DNA from: an uncultured virus (IMG/VR IMGVR_UViG_3300031707_003496)
Lineage: Duplodnaviria > Heunggongvirae > Uroviricota > Caudoviricetes
Strand: one strand, 5' to 3'
DNA: 64,000 nt
IMG/VR virus record: IMGVR_UViG_3300031707_003496
A program made the position numbers and the translations under genes. Numbering within the stretch: the stretch's first letter is position 1; every line of letters starts with the position of its first letter. Positions 61,006 to 64,000 of this stretch are shown here, piece by piece. A model generated the notes under the pieces. The model was given only the letters and a program-made list of their open reading frames with translations, had not been told where the DNA came from and did no database searches.

Positions 61006-62048
61006 CTGTCTTAGTAACTGGTAGCGGAGCGCCGGGGATCCAGGGAACAATCTATTCCTTAAAGAACAATTTTGATAAAAGGGACATCAGAATTATCGGA
61101 ACAGATATCCGTGTTGACGTTGCCGGAGCGTATCTCTGCGACGCCTTTTACCAGATTACAAGGCCCGACAATCCGGAATATCTCGAGCAGTTATTATCAA
61201 TCTGTGCCTGTGAAAACGTGGATGTTGTTATCCCGCAGAACACCGCCGAGTTATCAGTCCTGGCCAACAACAAGTCTTTGTTCCAGAACAACGGGACGGA
61301 AGTATTAGTATCGGACCCGAACAGTATTGCGGTAGCGAACAACAAATACCAGTTACTATTACTGGCAGAACAAAAAGGTATCCCGACCCCAAAGTTCTTC
61401 CAGGTAATGACGTTCGACCACTTAGAGAAGGCCGCGAAGGAACTTGGATGGCCAGAGAAACCGATTGTTGTTAAACCGCCAGCCTCAAACGGGATGCGGG
61501 GCGTTCGGATTATTGACGAATCGTTTGACCGCAAGAAACTATTCTACGAAGAGAAACCGACTACCCTTTATTTAAAAATGAACAACCTCTACGAAATCCT
61601 TCGCATGTCGTTCGCACCGTTACTGGTTATGGAATACTTACCGGGAAGCGAGTATACCGTAGACGTTTTAAAGACGGATGGATATTGCATCGTGCCAAGA
61701 AGACGCAACCGCATCCAGTCCGGTATTACCTTTTACGGCACGGTTGAAAAGCGGGATGATATAATCCGATACTCCGAACGGTTAAGCAACGTACTGGGAT
61801 TAGAGTATGCGTTCGGGTTCCAGTTCAAAGAAGATCGGAATGGCGTTCCAAAACTTCTGGAATCAAACCCGAGAGTTCAGGGCACGATGGTACTATCAAC
61901 CTTTGCCGATGCGAATATAATTTACGGTGCGGTGAAACAATCCCTCAACGAACCTATCCCAGAATTTCACGTTGACTGGAACACCAAGATACTCCGGTAC
62001 TGGGGTGGACTGGGAATTAAAAATGGGAAGATTATAGGGCAGTTGTGA
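60993..62048 (+). CDS. ATP-grasp ligase (PylC/carbamoyl-phosphate-synthase-like)
   Basis: NKY, VVKP..G.RG, MEYLPGSEYTVD, LESNPR. Confidence 0.85.
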   Translation: MDDITVLVTGSGAPGIQGTIYSLKNNFDKRDIRIIGTDIRVDVAGAYLCDAFYQITRPDNPEYLEQLLSICACENVDVVIPQNTAELSVLANNKSLFQNNGTEVLVSDPNSIAVANNKYQLLLLAEQKGIPTPKFFQVMTFDHLEKAAKELGWPEKPIVVKPPASNGMRGVRIIDESFDRKKLFYEEKPTTLYLKMNNLYEILRMSFAPLLVMEYLPGSEYTVDVLKTDGYCIVPRRRNRIQSGITFYGTVEKRDDIIRYSERLSNVLGLEYAFGFQFKEDRNGVPKLLESNPRVQGTMVLSTFADANIIYGAVKQSLNEPIPEFHVDWNTKILRYWGGLGIKNGKIIGQL

Positions 62049-63150
62049 ACGGACGGATACACGTATCACGTATTGCCCTGGCACCTTTCTGGAGTGCCGA
62101 GTTAGTATACGACGGATAATCTGCAAAACTCTTTTTCGGTAAGTTCATTATCCGTTCAAACTCTTTGGAAGATATCCCGAACTTCTTACAGACAAACGCC
62201 ATATCTTCGTATTGCTGCTCAAGAGGATACGGTTGTTTCTGAAGTTCCAGTAACGCCTGGTCTCTTGTCATCTCGCCAGAACATATCAGGGAACTGAAAT
62301 GCATCTTACGTTTATCGAACCCGAACTTCTTCGGAAGAATATATCCCTGGTAGAACCGGGTATAGATTGACTCGTAATGTTTACCGCCGTAATACTTCCA
62401 CCCAAACCGGGTTTCAAGGACTTTCATAGCAGTCTGTTTATTATAGTCAGCGTAGTTTAAGAGACTGACAACTTTGTGCCGTTGCGAGTTCAGGTAATTC
62501 CCAACGGGTGAGATGCGGGGGAATGATGTGAGTTCGGTATGCCCGTACCGTTTATTAATGGATTCAATATACTTCCAGTCAAAGTGACCTTGTGACCAGG
62601 TGCGGGGCAGATGGGATTCCGTGCGGATGTTCCCCCCGTGAACAATATACTTTAAGTTATACTGGTCGGCGAGTTCATGGAAGAGTGCGTTGATAGCGTA
62701 ATCGGTCGGCACTTCACAGTCGGGGACGGAAGCGTACAGGAACGCTAACTGGATGTCACGGTATTCGTTCCAGTCAACCCGTTTGGTAATCAGGTCAATG
62801 TGGAGTTTCTCGGTAATCTTCTTAATGTTCTCAACAGAGATCGGATCGTTATACTCATTGTCGAGGTGGAAGGCAAGCGGAGACAACCCGTGTTCTTTAC
62901 AGAGATAAGCCACGTAAGAACTATCCACTCCACCAGATATCCCAATCAGACAATCATACTTCTGACCTTTCGGAACCGAACCTTTAATGTCACGGGCAAG
63001 TTGCACCATCTTCTTCTCGCCCTCTTTCCCGGAGAAGACAAGAGTTTTAATTGCGGTGTCATAACTATGGCAATGATTACAAACGCCTTTTTCATCGAAG
63101 ACAATCTCCGGGTCAGTCGTATCCATTACACATCTCGTACAGGTTTGCAT
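62032..63150 (-). CDS. N-acetyl sugar amidotransferase (WbpG/PseA-like)
   Basis: CTRCVMDTTDP, CNHC, YDCLIGISGGVDSS, KHYES, GFDKR. Confidence 0.9.
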   Translation of the reverse strand: MQTCTRCVMDTTDPEIVFDEKGVCNHCHSYDTAIKTLVFSGKEGEKKMVQLARDIKGSVPKGQKYDCLIGISGGVDSSYVAYLCKEHGLSPLAFHLDNEYNDPISVENIKKITEKLHIDLITKRVDWNEYRDIQLAFLYASVPDCEVPTDYAINALFHELADQYNLKYIVHGGNIRTESHLPRTWSQGHFDWKYIESINKRYGHTELTSFPRISPVGNYLNSQRHKVVSLLNYADYNKQTAMKVLETRFGWKYYGGKHYESIYTRFYQGYILPKKFGFDKRKMHFSSLICSGEMTRDQALLELQKQPYPLEQQYEDMAFVCKKFGISSKEFERIMNLPKKSFADYPSYTNSALQKGARAIRDTCIRPFTTAL

Positions 63151-63252
63151 GATAGAATGTTTGTGCGGGGTATATTTAAACACTTCGATTTAACTACGAT
63201 AACCACCATTACTACAAACCATTATATACTCGTTCTACCTACTACCTTCCAT

Positions 63253-63360
63253 ATGTATTGTCATCACTGTGGTCACCGTTGGAACTATGGGGGCAAGAGT
63301 AAATATTATTGTACTTGTCCTCAATGTTTAAATAAGGTTAAAGTAAAAGGGAGGCGATGA
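63253..63360 (+). CDS. Zn-ribbon microprotein (35 aa)
   Basis: MYCHHCGHRWNYGGKSKYYCTCPQC; follows TTATATA. Confidence 0.7.
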   Translation: MYCHHCGHRWNYGGKSKYYCTCPQCLNKVKVKGRR

Positions 63361-63668
63361 ATATGAAGGTCTGGGTAATCAGCATCCTGCTCTTAATAAT
63401 GATCTGTCTGGCAATCCCTTTTGTTACTGCGGAAAAAAAGATTGGAAAAGGCACACCGGCAAGTGTCGAGTTCAAATCCGATCCGTTAATCGGATTAAAG
63501 AAAGTCATCGGCATGGAAACCAGCAGTACGGTAGATGTTGTTATTGACGGGAAGATGCTTGCAACAATCCCGGATAACTCTCCATTAGTTGACGTGCCTG
63601 TTACGGAAGAGTGTCTGGTCTATCAATACGGAACGCTCAACTGGTATAACTGTGAGGTCGGGATATGA
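63357..63668 (+). CDS. small secreted protein
   Basis: Signal peptide; coupled ORF. Confidence 0.55.
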   Translation: MNMKVWVISILLLIMICLAIPFVTAEKKIGKGTPASVEFKSDPLIGLKKVIGMETSSTVDVVIDGKMLATIPDNSPLVDVPVTEECLVYQYGTLNWYNCEVGI

Positions 63669-64000
63669 AATGGCAGTTTATCCTAGTAGGTTTATTAATA
63701 CTTATCAGCTCAGTGTCCGGGTTAGCGAACTATAGTTATATCTTTCCCGGGACGTATACCTGGACTGCATCTGCAAATATGTCCTACGCCTCAGCACAGA
63801 TATCGGGTGGTGGGGGAAGCGGTATGGGCGGTAAGTATTACGATGCAAACAAAGGCAGTTGGGGTTTTGGGGGTTCAAAAGGAGACTACGGATATTATAC
63901 AATGATTCCCGTAGTTTCCGGAACGGGGTATCCAATCGTAGTTGGTGACGGCGGAATAGCGTCGTGGCCGAACGAGACCGGTGATTCCACAACTGTTTCA
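63665..64000 (+). CDS. 3'-truncated secreted Gly-rich fibre-like protein (not in ORF track)
   Basis: MKWQFILVGLLILISSVSG..PGTYTWT..GGGGSG..YPIVVGDGG; open to the window end. Confidence 0.65.
   Translation, partial: MKWQFILVGLLILISSVSGLANYSYIFPGTYTWTASANMSYASAQISGGGGSGMGGKYYDANKGSWGFGGSKGDYGYYTMIPVVSGTGYPIVVGDGGIASWPNETGDSTTVS

Noticed and set aside
60993..62048. pylC / pyrrolysine biosynthesis
   Set aside because: Generic ATP-grasp within a sugar cluster; no pylB/D/S/T nearby

Overview
The whole window reads as part of the genome of a large archaeal virus. The host is most likely a Methanomicrobiales methanogen (Methanoregula-like), inferred from TATA/BRE promoters, GAGGTG ribosome-binding sites, PKD and DUF3821-like surface proteins and a COG4738-type regulator. 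No HK97 capsid, portal, terminase, DNA polymerase, rRNA, tRNA or CRISPR array is recognisable. Instead there are two paralogous small two-helix hydrophobic proteins typical of spindle (lemon)-shaped virus capsids, a Zot/B251-like P-loop ATPase with membrane partners, sequon-rich fibre proteins, about 15 glycosylation genes, four DNA methyltransferases, a restriction nuclease, HNH nucleases, a minimal tyrosine recombinase and an early-gene block transcribed divergently from a repeat-rich non-coding region near 31-32.8 kb. The most striking system is the capsid module. The putative major capsid proteins carry type IV pilin-like class III signal peptides, the virus encodes its own A24 prepilin peptidase, and a third gene carries a circularly permuted copy of the capsid hairpin fused to a large external domain. 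Other highlights are a JAB/MPN-like domain buried in a 1486-aa protein, five Zn-ribbon microproteins that each open a transcription unit, an interchangeable HNH/methyltransferase slot bounded by GAGGAAATGAC, and paired palindromes at the recombinase promoter. All family calls come from motif recognition by eye; no searches were run.
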